The translations under genes and the position numbers were made by a program. Below the pieces are notes generated by a model. The model had not been told where the DNA came from, made no database searches, and saw only the letters and a program-made list of their open reading frames with translations. DNA of 63,814 nt, filler included, from Folioceros fuciformis (Eukaryota), in NCBI GenBank assembly GCA_049999805.1. It is 13 parts of 13 records of this genome, joined end to end, with 100 filler letters (N's around TTAATTAATTAA, not from the genome) between each part and the next. Parts side by side here need not be neighbours in the genome. Positions count along the whole stretch, not along the records: positions 8,562 to 12,707 come from JBNGIO010002931.1; positions 12,808 to 16,430 come from JBNGIO010002932.1; positions 16,531 to 21,103 come from JBNGIO010002933.1; 10 more parts are not named here. The stretch is one strand, 5' to 3'. Shown here piece by piece: positions 11,440 through 21,203 of the stretch (positions are counted from its first letter, which is position 1; each line of letters starts with the position of its first letter).

Positions 11440-12449
11440 TGTGGAGGCAAAACCCCAAGCACTGATTGCCAACAGGTTCCACCTTTAGTGGCCACACTTA
11501 TCCCACTGTCGTTGAGACATTGGGTTTCGTTCCCACGAAGGAGCGATGGGGTTCCTTGCTGCTATGGATGGAGGGTCGGACTTGATCGACTACATGATGG
11601 ATTCAAGGGCTCCCCTCCAGCTCCGATCAGGCGTAGGACAGGCCTCGCTGTCGGGCGGTCAGCTGCACCTCTATCGGTGCCCACAAACTCATTCTAGTCA
11701 CTACAACGACCCTAACTTCTTAGATCTGCGACTTCCCTTACTCACTTCACTCACTCTCACTCCAGCACCAACACCAGCAACTAACAATGACACCACTACC
11801 TTCTACACTTCCCTACTAACTCCTCCTACCCGGCAAGAGTCACTAGACTAACCCCAAAGAAAAGAAAGAAGGGAACACACTCCCCTCTTGGATATCTCCT
11901 CCCCACAACCTTACCAGATGCCATGAGACATGGCCGGCCTACAGCACTTGTCCAAGCAAGGAACAAGAGTGGACAGGTCGAGAGAAAGACACATCCTTTA
12001 CAATCAAGAGCTAGGGGCAAGCCCCTTCACCCTGGTCATTACACCTTGTGATCCTACCAGACATTATACAACCGGTAACACGCTGCCCGCGATCCTACCA
12101 GACACTGTACAACCGGCAACACGCTGCCTGCGATCCTACCAGACACTGTACAGCCGGCAACACGCGGCTTGCGATCCTACCAGACGTTGCACAGCCGGCA
12201 ACACACTGTGGGTCCTAAACCAAGCAGGGACAGACCACAAAAGCTCATGAAGAGAGGACCTCTAAGAGCTCACGAAGAGATAGACTGATTGCCAAAGTGA
12301 ATGACTCCCTCCTCCTACAGGCTCACCTGGTCTTATAGAAGCCTCTCTCTCTCTCTGACTTCACCTCTCTCTAACTTGAGAAATATTATTTTAATAGGAC
12401 CACTAGCCTAGCCGGCTATCACCAGCCACTTATTTAGACTTCTAGCACA
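11440..12449 (-). repeat. LTR family A, complete copy (~1010 bp)
   Basis: TGTG...CACA termini; TATA-like CTATAA on the minus strand near 12335; purine-rich GGTGGCAGGA before its minus-strand start; homologous copies at 20324, 36776 and 51070. Confidence 0.8.
12050..12207. repeat. 41-bp tandem array (~4 copies) inside LTR family A
   Basis: GATCCTACCAGACACTGTACAACCGGCAACACGCTGCCYGC at 12050, 12091, 12132 and 12173; also at 20946-21103 and 37209-37239. Confidence 0.95.
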
Positions 12450-12817
12450 TCCTGCCACCAATGAGCTCCTGGCCCTACCACCACAAGGATCTACCACCTC
12501 TTAGACTATCCTGAGACTTCGGAGGATGTTTGATCTTCAAAGATATGCGGATGCCGCCTCTTCCTTGCTGGATGGCCGCCCGCTAAGTCTTCCCCTGCAA
12601 CTGTTCACCCTTGGTGGCTGAGCCAGCCTCGAAGGGAGGAGTATGAGAAGTGGGAAAGATAGAGAGGAGGTGGGAGGCAATGGGATCAGCAGCTGGAACC
12701 TGGCCTGNNNNNNNNNNNNNNNNNNNNNNNNNNNNNNNNNNNNNNNNNNNNTTAATTAATTAANNNNNNNNNNNNNNNNNNNNNNNNNNNNNNNNNNNNN
12801 NNNNNNNATGTTACAGT

Positions 12818-14656
12818 ATGCACAGCTGCCCAAATGCTATTAGGCTGAAGCTGTCGCTTATGCAACCTCTGGAGCCTAGGACATCTAGCAGAACACGAAG
12901 GCAGCCTGAATTCTACGAATCTGAAGATTTCAGGCACCCCAAGTCGCATTTAACATATTGCTTGGCCTCCTATTCTGCTTGGTATGAACCTCCAACATAT
13001 AAGGATGCATTGTCGTGCCCAGATGCACAGTTGTGGCAGAAGGCCATAGACTCGGAGCTGAGCTCCCTATATGAGAACAAGACTTGGGTCTTGACCAGTC
13101 TCCCACCAAATAGAAAGGCAGTAGGGAGCAGATGGGTGTTTAAAGTTAAGCTCCGGGCAGATGGCACCGTTGAGAGATACAAGGCAAGAGTTGTTGCAAA
13201 AGGCTACTCCCAAATTCCAGGAATAGATTACGATGATACCTTTAGCCCAGTGGTAAAGCTGACCACACTCAGGTTGTTCATTGCCCTGGCCGCGGTCAAT
13301 GATTACGAATTGGAGCAACTTGATGTCACAATAGCTTTTCTGTATGGAAACCTGCAAGAAGACATTTTTATGCAAGTACCGGATGGCGTCAGCATCCCCC
13401 CTGACCTGCAAAACCCAGTCTGTAAGTTGCTCAAATCGCTGTACGGTCTTAAACAGAGTGCAAAGGCATGGTTTGGGAAGATAGATACCTTCCTGCAGGA
13501 GTTGGGGTACGCAAGCTTGAATGCTGACACCAATGTATACATGAGACGTGAAGCAGGTTCCTTCATAGCTTTGGCCATATATGTAGACGATATCATAGTC
13601 CTTAGTAATTCGCCTCGGCTGATCTTCATTCTCAAGCGTCAGCTGAGCAGCGAGTTCAAGATCAAGGAAGCAGGGGCACTTACTTTCTGTCTAGGCATGC
13701 AGTTGCAGCGAAATCGAAAAGAGGGCACGATTTTCCTGCATCAAACAAAATATGCCATGCCAATCTTAGAACGATATGGAATGACTAAATGCAAGCCTAT
13801 CTCTACACCTGTAGAACAAAACACAAAGTACGAAGCTCAGGTTGGAAGCATACCTGAGGATGAAGCAGCCATCGTGGATCAGTATGCCTCCAAGAACGGG
13901 TCAGTCATGCATCTTATGATAGGCACAAGGCCTGATTTAGCTTTTAGTAGCGGGCTGACCTCAAGATTCGTCTCCAACCCAAATTCGAAGCATAATGATC
14001 TGATGACGAGGCTGTATAGATACATTGCAGCCACCGTGGACTGGGGCATCCTGTATAGCTCAAAGGCACACAAAGCATTGCAAATGGTCGCCTACAGCGA
14101 TGCGGACTGGGCCGGAGACTCTGACAGCAGGAAGAGTATCTCCAGCTACGTTACCTTGCTAGCTGGAGGCGCCATTGGCTGGAGTAGCAGGAGGCAGCCG
14201 ACTATTGCGCTCTCTTCGACCGAAGCTGAGTACAAGAGCCTCACTGAGGCATGCAAGGAGGTCACCTGGACAGTGGGAGCGCTCACCGAGCTTGGTGTAC
14301 CACAGACCCTACCGGTGACTCTATTCTGTGACAATCAAAGTGCTATAGCCTTGACTATGAACCCCAGGTTCCACGCGCGCACCAAACATATAGAAATTCA
14401 GCACCATTACATAAGGGAAGTTGTAAATGCTGGAGCAGTCAGAGTTGAGTATTGCCCGACGGAGCTGATGACAGCAGACATCTTGACGAAGGGGCTTGGA
14501 CGCGTGAAGCACTATCAACACGCAGCTGGGCTCGGACTCCGCGCATCAGGCAAGGACTTGAGGTGGAGTTCGGCTCCGGATCCAGAAATCGGGAAGGGCA
14601 AGGCGATGGCGGCGCGCGAAGACAAAGACGAAGACAAAGACGAAGATGAAGACTGA
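12818..14656 (+). CDS. Copia pol C-terminal part (RT + RNase H), uninterrupted frame
   Basis: 612-aa ORF with YKARVVAKG, LYGLKQS, YVDD, YSDADWAG and RTKHIEI; acidic C-terminal tail. Confidence 0.95.
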   Translation: MHSCPNAIRLKLSLMQPLEPRTSSRTRRQPEFYESEDFRHPKSHLTYCLASYSAWYEPPTYKDALSCPDAQLWQKAIDSELSSLYENKTWVLTSLPPNRKAVGSRWVFKVKLRADGTVERYKARVVAKGYSQIPGIDYDDTFSPVVKLTTLRLFIALAAVNDYELEQLDVTIAFLYGNLQEDIFMQVPDGVSIPPDLQNPVCKLLKSLYGLKQSAKAWFGKIDTFLQELGYASLNADTNVYMRREAGSFIALAIYVDDIIVLSNSPRLIFILKRQLSSEFKIKEAGALTFCLGMQLQRNRKEGTIFLHQTKYAMPILERYGMTKCKPISTPVEQNTKYEAQVGSIPEDEAAIVDQYASKNGSVMHLMIGTRPDLAFSSGLTSRFVSNPNSKHNDLMTRLYRYIAATVDWGILYSSKAHKALQMVAYSDADWAGDSDSRKSISSYVTLLAGGAIGWSSRRQPTIALSSTEAEYKSLTEACKEVTWTVGALTELGVPQTLPVTLFCDNQSAIALTMNPRFHARTKHIEIQHHYIREVVNAGAVRVEYCPTELMTADILTKGLGRVKHYQHAAGLGLRASGKDLRWSSAPDPEIGKGKAMAAREDKDEDKDEDED

Positions 14657-14726
14657 ACCCTGATTCAAGTTTCTTATAAGTTAGAGTACTTTATGTAAAT
14701 AACTTGACTATACTAACCCTGCACCT

Positions 14727-14885
14727 GAGTGGGAGTGACAGGTTATATTTAATTTTCTTTTTATTAGTTCAGGTTAGGGTTAGGGGTTAGGTGACGGTTA
14801 CAATCAATAACCGTCACCTGGTCAAGTTCATATGACATGTATCGTGACATTCTATTCAATTCCCTTCTTTATCTACACGCGAACA
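14727..14885 (+). repeat. Copia PPT and start of 3' LTR, interrupted
   Basis: GAGTGGGAG at 14727-14735 followed by TGACAGG at 14736. Confidence 0.7.
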
Positions 14886-15261
14886 TGTCACCCACCGTCT
14901 TCAGATCCTTCCCTCCATTCTGCTAGCCAAGGCCCCTGACCCGGCAAATCTACTCATCTAGTGCCCTGCAGCCTGTATCTAGACAGCTAACCATCAGTCA
15001 GGGCCCGGGCACCTTCCCTTGCATCTGCAGTCAGCCGGATCCACCCAAGACCACAGCCCAAATCCCACTGCCTCTCTTGCTTAGGATCCGGCAGCCAGGC
15101 GACTGCCTGGCTCCCAAATCCAGACCCCAGCTATCTCATAATTAATCTAACTCTAATCTAACCGAATCTTCTAACCTTTCCTCTACAACACTCACTCACA
15201 GATCCAAGAAAAAAGGGAACCCATCATTTCCCAGGGGTCTGTTCAGCATGTGGAGTTCACA
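14886..15261 (-). repeat. Gypsy 3' LTR, family B, short variant (376 bp)
   Basis: On the minus strand TGTGAACTCC...GGGTGACA, preceded by PPT GAGAAGGGGAG (15264-15274). The left boundary is less certain. Confidence 0.7.
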
Positions 15262-15295
15262 TACTCCCCTTCTCATTTGTTGGCATCCTCGCCAA

Positions 15296-16430
15296 CTATT
15301 GATAATACTTCTTCATACGCCAGCCATTAACCCTGGTTGGCAAGTTAGGGCCGTTGAGGTGCTGTAGTTGAATGGACCCATTCTCATACACCTCTAGCAC
15401 CCTGTAAGGTCCCATCTATCTCAAATGAAGCTTACCTGGAAAGTACATGTACCTATTGTCATATAGCAAGGCTAAATCTCCAGGCACAACATACTCTTGT
15501 TTACGCAACCTCTGGTCATGCCACTTCTTCCTCCTCTCTTTGACATCAAGGAAAACAGCCATCGCCCGTCCCTTGTCCTCATCATGCTGCAAAAAAATGG
15601 TCAGCCTCTCCAACTGGCTCTCCTCCACAGGCAATCGGTTGCTCTCCTACATTCTCCAGGTGGGTACCTCAAATTCAATGGGCATCACCAGTGAGTGTCC
15701 ATAGGTGAGGTAATAAGGGCTTTGCTGGGTAGTAACCTTCTTAGTAGTCCTATACGCCCACAAGGCTGAATGGAGCTTCCTATCCCAGTCATGAGCATAG
15801 GTGACGGTGAGTTTGCTGAGAATCTTGCACAATAGCCCGTTAGCCTTCTCCGTGAGTCCATTGGCCTTAGGGTTGTAGGGAGTGGTCTTCCTATGACTGA
15901 TATTGAAGTATTCAGTCATGTGCTTGACCACTTCATTGATGAAGTGAGTCCCCCTATCACTCACCAGCTCCAACGGGCACCCATACCTTGTGATGATTTG
16001 CTCAAACAAAAATCGGGCCACGACATTTGCTGTGTCCACAGGCAAAGCTTGGGCCTCCACCATGCGTGTGCAATAGTCAGTTACCACCAGGATGTATTGG
16101 TTCTGCCTTCCCTTGGACTTGGGCTGAATTGGTCCTACAAAGTCAATCCCCCACTTCTTAAATGGTGCTAGGGCTAGAATGGGGACCAATGGCCATTGTG
16201 TGGTCCTAGTAAGCTTCCCCACCCTTTGGCATGCATCACACCTCTTGATGAATTCTCCAGCATCAGCATGCATTGTTGCCACCAATACCCTGCTGCCAGA
16301 ATTTTTCTACAGGTCACATGGGCTGCATAATGGCCTCTTGCCTCTCCCTCATGTAGGGAGCTGATAACTTGCTCCACTTGGCTAGGTTTGACCCACAACC
16401 TCTCCACGCCATCAGCTCCTGTGCGATACA
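15296..16430 (-). pseudogene. Ty3/gypsy integrase (non-chromovirus), with stops and a frameshift
   Basis: HHCC (LHEGEARGH...CDACQR), PFKKWGIDFVGP, VSDRGTHF, NGLTEKAN and a GPY module. Stop is about 20 bp before the PPT; no chromodomain. Confidence 0.93.
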
Positions 16431-16538
16431 NNNNNNNNNNNNNNNNNNNNNNNNNNNNNNNNNNNNNNNNNNNNTTAATTAATTAANNNNNNNNNNNNNN
16501 NNNNNNNNNNNNNNNNNNNNNNNNNNNNNNTGCACTGG

Positions 16539-16843
16539 GCTCTGATACCATGTCAATAGGATCGACTCCAGTCTACGTGCAAGTGTAGGAGAGGAGAGGA
16601 GAGAAGAGAGGGTGGTATTGGTGATCACAACCATGAAAACAATACACATCACCACTGTCTTACTATGGAGGTCCGAGGTCTCCATTTAAGTAGTACATTT
16701 AGGGCTACACAACTTCCAGGTTCAATATGGGATAATCTACACTATCCTAAGTTCACTAATAACTAGAACTAGTCTAGTATGAACCCAACTGGGATAACTA
16801 ACACCACATGAGTTTAGCTCATATAGAGCTCGATAACTCAACA
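16539..16843 (-). mobile_element. Copia-type 5' LTR (16551-16843) plus tRNA-iMet PBS (16539-16550)
   Basis: Minus strand TGTTGAG...ATTGACA followed by TGGTATCAGAGC. Confidence 0.8.
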
Positions 16844-16849
16844 CCGACA

Positions 16850-19800
16850 AGCCTCCATCTCTTCACCCCACCACTTAGCACCCCGATCCTCCCTACAGTC
16901 ACACTCATCAAGAATCCATCAAGAGTCCCTAAGCATCAATCACCTGACTGCCCAACCGGTCCAACCACCGAATCAGGCGCCTCACCACTGCCATCAACTC
17001 CGCCTACTATCCTGCAGCGATCCCATCCGCCTGGTGTCCGACTCTGATTTGATTTCCCAGTCCGATGTACGACTACCTGCCCACCTGGATCCGGTCAGCC
17101 AGACTGACCCTGGCCCTCGCTTGCTTCAGCCTAAACCCAGCTCGCTGGCTTCGAGCCTGGCCTGCCCGCTGGCAGCCACACCCAGCCATTCGCATGCTCC
17201 TGGCTCGGTCTGGCTCAGTCGACCCACCATTGCACTGCCGACCCGAATTTGGCCCACCGGCCAGACGCCAGCCCCTAGCCTACCAAACAACCAGGCCTCC
17301 CGGACTGGTAAGCCAGCCTGCCTGCTCTCAGCCTTGCCGCGATCCACCCCTGGACTACCTGGAATTCGTGTGCCAGCTGTCGGGCTTTGCATCGCTGCCT
17401 GCCAAGCTCTCAGCAGCCAGGCGGGAGGCAGGATGGCCAGGCCAGTGGCCAGCTTGCCAATCAGCCAGGCCGCCCGCAAGCCAGCCTGCTCTGCCCGCCT
17501 GGTAGCTACTGTAGCCGCTATCCAATCAGCCTGCCTACTAGCTTGTCGCGATTCAGCCAGCCTGCTATCTGGGTTCGATTCGCTTGCACCAGCCTGGATG
17601 CATAACCTCTTGCTTGCTTGGATTCGGCCGTCCCCTGCCCTGATCCACCAGCCCCCCGATCTAGCCGTCTATCCACTGTCGCCTCCTTGGATCCGGTACA
17701 CCTGCGGCCTGGATTCTGGCAGCCTTGCCTGGCTGCCTGGCCATGCTCCAACCAGTGCTCCAGCAGCCTGTCTGGTTGTCTGCGTGCTTGACTCCTTGCT
17801 GGATTCCAGCAAGTTGGCCTGCCTCCGACCTGCGCCCGCCTTAGCCAACCGCTGGATTCACCTCCCACTGCCAGCTTAGGTCCGGTCCGCCTCCAGCCCG
17901 CCTAGTCCGCTCCAGCACCATCCACAACCAGCTGCCGGCAGCGCCCACCTACGGCCTGGATCATGCCAAGGCCCGCCTGGCCTGGATTTCCCTCCTAACC
18001 AACTTCCCCCCGGCCAGCCAGCCACCTGCCACCAGGCTGTCTGCAAGGCTTGGCTGCTCCTCTATAGCTGGCCGCTATCGGCTCGGCCACTTGCCATGCC
18101 AGTCTCGTCGAGGCACCCAGCTTGCTGGTCCGCCTACCTAGCTCCAGAATCGGCCAGCTAGCCAGCCCCACCACCTAGCTCAGATCTACCTTTGCTGATC
18201 GGTCCAGTTGCTGGCGGACCTGGATTGCCTGACTTCAGCTGCATGCCATCCCGTCAAACCAGCCCGAATCTAACTTCGCCATTTTGCCACCCCGCCTGAA
18301 CCCTGCCTCACCGCCGTTCGACTTCCTCCGGTCACGACCAGCCCAGCCTGAAGCATTGGCCAGCTTGCCCCGCTTCAGCCAAGTTGCCGATGGGCCAAGG
18401 TCCAGCCAGTCGGCCTGGCTACCCGATTCTACCCCGACCAGCCACAAGCAGCTGGACCACTACTGGCCTCCGGTTCCGGCCCGCTAGCCCATTGAATCCT
18501 CCAGCCACCAGCCCCGCCAACCACTGCCGGCTGTCTACCTGCAGGGTCACCTGTCATCAGCCGGCACGCTGGCTGCCTGATGCCTGCCTGCAGCCCGGTC
18601 GACCCCCTGTGCCACTTCAGTCATGGGGCAACCAGGTTGCTAGCTAGCCACAGTCCAGCCAGCCGAACGAACTGCTAGACCCCCGTGGCTCGCCTGATCT
18701 GGTGTTGGGTCGCCTGCCTGGACTCCAGCTAGCTTGCTGGCCCCGCCGACCTGCTGCTGATCAGTCCAGCTGCCTACAAGCCGGCCTGCCTTGCATCCTG
18801 ATTCTGGACTGCCACAGCCCCGAAGCTGATCCTGACGCACCGGTCCTGCAACCAACCTCATCCACGCCGGCCAGGCTTCGGTGCTGCCTCTGGCCTGGCC
18901 TGCTTCTAGCTCCGACCTCGCCGCTCTACTCCCAACTGTGACCAGCCAAGCCGCCCGATCAGCCCATCCTAGCCTGGCGTCGGCGGCCGAATCCGTTTGT
19001 CACCTGGCCCGCCAGCCAACTCGGCCAGCCAACCAGCCAGCCTTCCGGATCGACCAACCGACCCACCTCCAGGGTGCCTGGCTGCTGGCAGCCCAATCTA
19101 CTGGCCCTCCACCTGTGGTCATACCTGCCAGGACATCCTTAGTCACCAAGCCCTGCCCGATCGACAGGCCCGAGGCCCTAACCTCTCGATCCAGCCAGGC
19201 ACCACACTACCCGGCTTCCGGATCCTACCACACCACCAGCAGGCCACCGATTGCCTGGTTATGACAGTTAGGCGGCTGTTGCCTGGATTCTACCCAGCCC
19301 GCATGCATCCGTCCCAGGCTCACGGTTGTCGAGACTCCTCAGCAGCCCGTCACCTTTCCTCTACCTTTTGCCCGGACTTAGCTTGGCTGCTCTACCTTTG
19401 TGGACTCCTAAGTCATCCAGCTCCGGCCAGCCCGGCCGCTCCTGGTCGTCGGGCTGCTGGTCAAAATCTGGCCAGCCAGCCAGCCAGGCCCCCAGCCTCC
19501 CCGGCCTGTTTTGAGCTCCAGCCTGGTCTATTGTCCAGCCCAGCTGGATCCACCAACCGGCCTAAAGCCTGGACTTGTAGGACCGCCCCCCATCAGCCCA
19601 GTTGCCTACCTGGCCAGGCTACCCCCCGGCTTGCAGGCCGCCTGTAAGCCTGGCTGCCCAGAGCTTGCATCCCACCAGCCCAGCTGGCCGAGCAACCAGG
19701 CCGAATTGGCTGCGCCGACCTGCTTCGGCCCAGCCCCTGGCCGGCCTGCTTGCAGCTTGCCAGGCCGACTGGTCGGGCAGCCCCAACCGGCCATTTGCCT

Positions 19801-20323
19801 ATCTACCTCTAGCCAGCCCGCCATCATGCTGCTACTTGCTTATGCTTCGCCCCCGTTGCCTCAGCAGCTGCCCACCTGGCCTACACGACTGCCTGCTAGA
19901 CAACCTGCATGATCCGGCCAGGCCCCCGGCCCGGATCTGGCCCCAAGCCTCCTTCTTGCCACCAGCCCGGGTTGGACTGCTGGCTGGGTTCGAGCAGCTC
20001 CGCCTGGCTGCCTACCTTGCTCCCTCCAGCCCTCCGACGACCTACTCGGTTGACTACCTCGCAGCTCCGGCCAGGACCCCGGCCTAGGTCTAGCCATGCG
20101 GCCTGCCAGCAGCCAAGGTCGCCTACCCGGCGGCTGCCTACTCCTCCCTCGGCCAGCCGGCTGCTTGGCCGCCCGACTAGATCCACCAACTAGCCTAGCC
20201 AGATCAACCAGTCAGTCTCCTATACCTTCTGCCTCAGCCGCCACTGTCTGGTCTCACCCAGGTCAAGTTAGCCGACCAATGTGGCTAGCCGAACAGCCGG
20301 CCCATTCCTCATCCGGCTACCCT
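16850..20323. repeat. C-rich degenerate CCAGCC/CCTGGC tract related to the family B LTR interior
   Basis: Strong C over G skew; shares the GGATCAxCCCRAGGCCYGCCTGGC motif (~17958) with 27957, 28657 and the reverse complement of 7981-8013. Confidence 0.65.
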
Positions 20324-21103
20324 TGTGGAGGCAAAACCCCGAGCACTGATTGCCGACGGGTTCCACCTTTAGTGGCCACACTTATCCCACTGTCGTTGAG
20401 ACATTGGGTTTCGTTCCCACGAAGGAGCGATGGGGTTCCTTGCTGCTGTGGATGGAGGATCGGACTTGATCGACTCGATGACGGATTCGAGGGCTCCCCT
20501 CCAACTCCGATCAGGCGTAGGACAGGCCTCGCTGTCCGGCGGTCAGCTGCACCTCTCTCGGTGCCCACAAACTCACTCTAGTCACTACAACGACTCTAAC
20601 CTCTCAGATCTGCGTCTTCCTTCACTCACTTCACTCACTCTCTCGCTCCAGCACCAACACCAGCAACTACTAGCAACCAGCAACGACACCACTACCTTGT
20701 ATACTTCCCTACGGACTCCTCCTACCCGGCAAGAGTCACTAGACTAACCCCAAACAAAAGGAAGAAGGGAACACACTCCCCTCTTGGGTATCTCCTCCCC
20801 ACAACCTTACCAGACGCCATGAGACATGGCCGGCCTACAGCACTTGACCAAGCAAGGAACAAGAGTGGACAGGTTGAGAGAAAGACACACCCTTTACAAT
20901 CAAGAGCTAGGGGCAAGCCCCTGCACCCTGGTCATTACACCTTGTGATCCTACCAGACACTATACAACCGGCAACACGCTGCCCGCGATCCTACCAGACA
21001 CTGTACAGCCGGCAACACGCTGCCTGCGATCCTACCAGACACTGTACAGCCGGCAACACACGGCTTGCGATCCTACCAGACGTTGCACAGCCGGCAACAC
21101 ACT
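20324..21103 (-). repeat. LTR family A, partial copy
   Basis: High identity to 11440-12207; contig ends in the 41-bp array. Confidence 0.9.
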
Positions 21104-21203
21104 NNNNNNNNNNNNNNNNNNNNNNNNNNNNNNNNNNNNNNNNNNNNTTAATTAATTAANNNNNNNNNNNNNNNNNNNNNNNNNNNNNNNNNNNNNNNNN
21201 NNN

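Noticed and set aside
12050-12207. 41-bp repeats as a CRISPR array
   Set aside because: Units are head-to-tail with no unique spacers, sit inside an LTR, and no cas genes are present.
11488-12250. Conserved small ORFs repeated in four places (MATLIPLSL..., MGFLAA...)
   Set aside because: They recur only because the LTR copies are similar; lengths and stops differ between copies.
11434-12454. LTR family A copy as a solo LTR or TIR element
   Set aside because: Flanks AGGAT and TCCTG are not a direct TSD, the host copia does not resume, and the apparent CAGGA/TCCTG inversion is absent from other copies.
16850-20323. Many overlapping Pro/Ala/Arg-rich ORFs (also 7645-8291 and 27386-29661)
   Set aside because: Expected from GC-rich low-complexity sequence lacking stops; open in several frames with no domain motifs.
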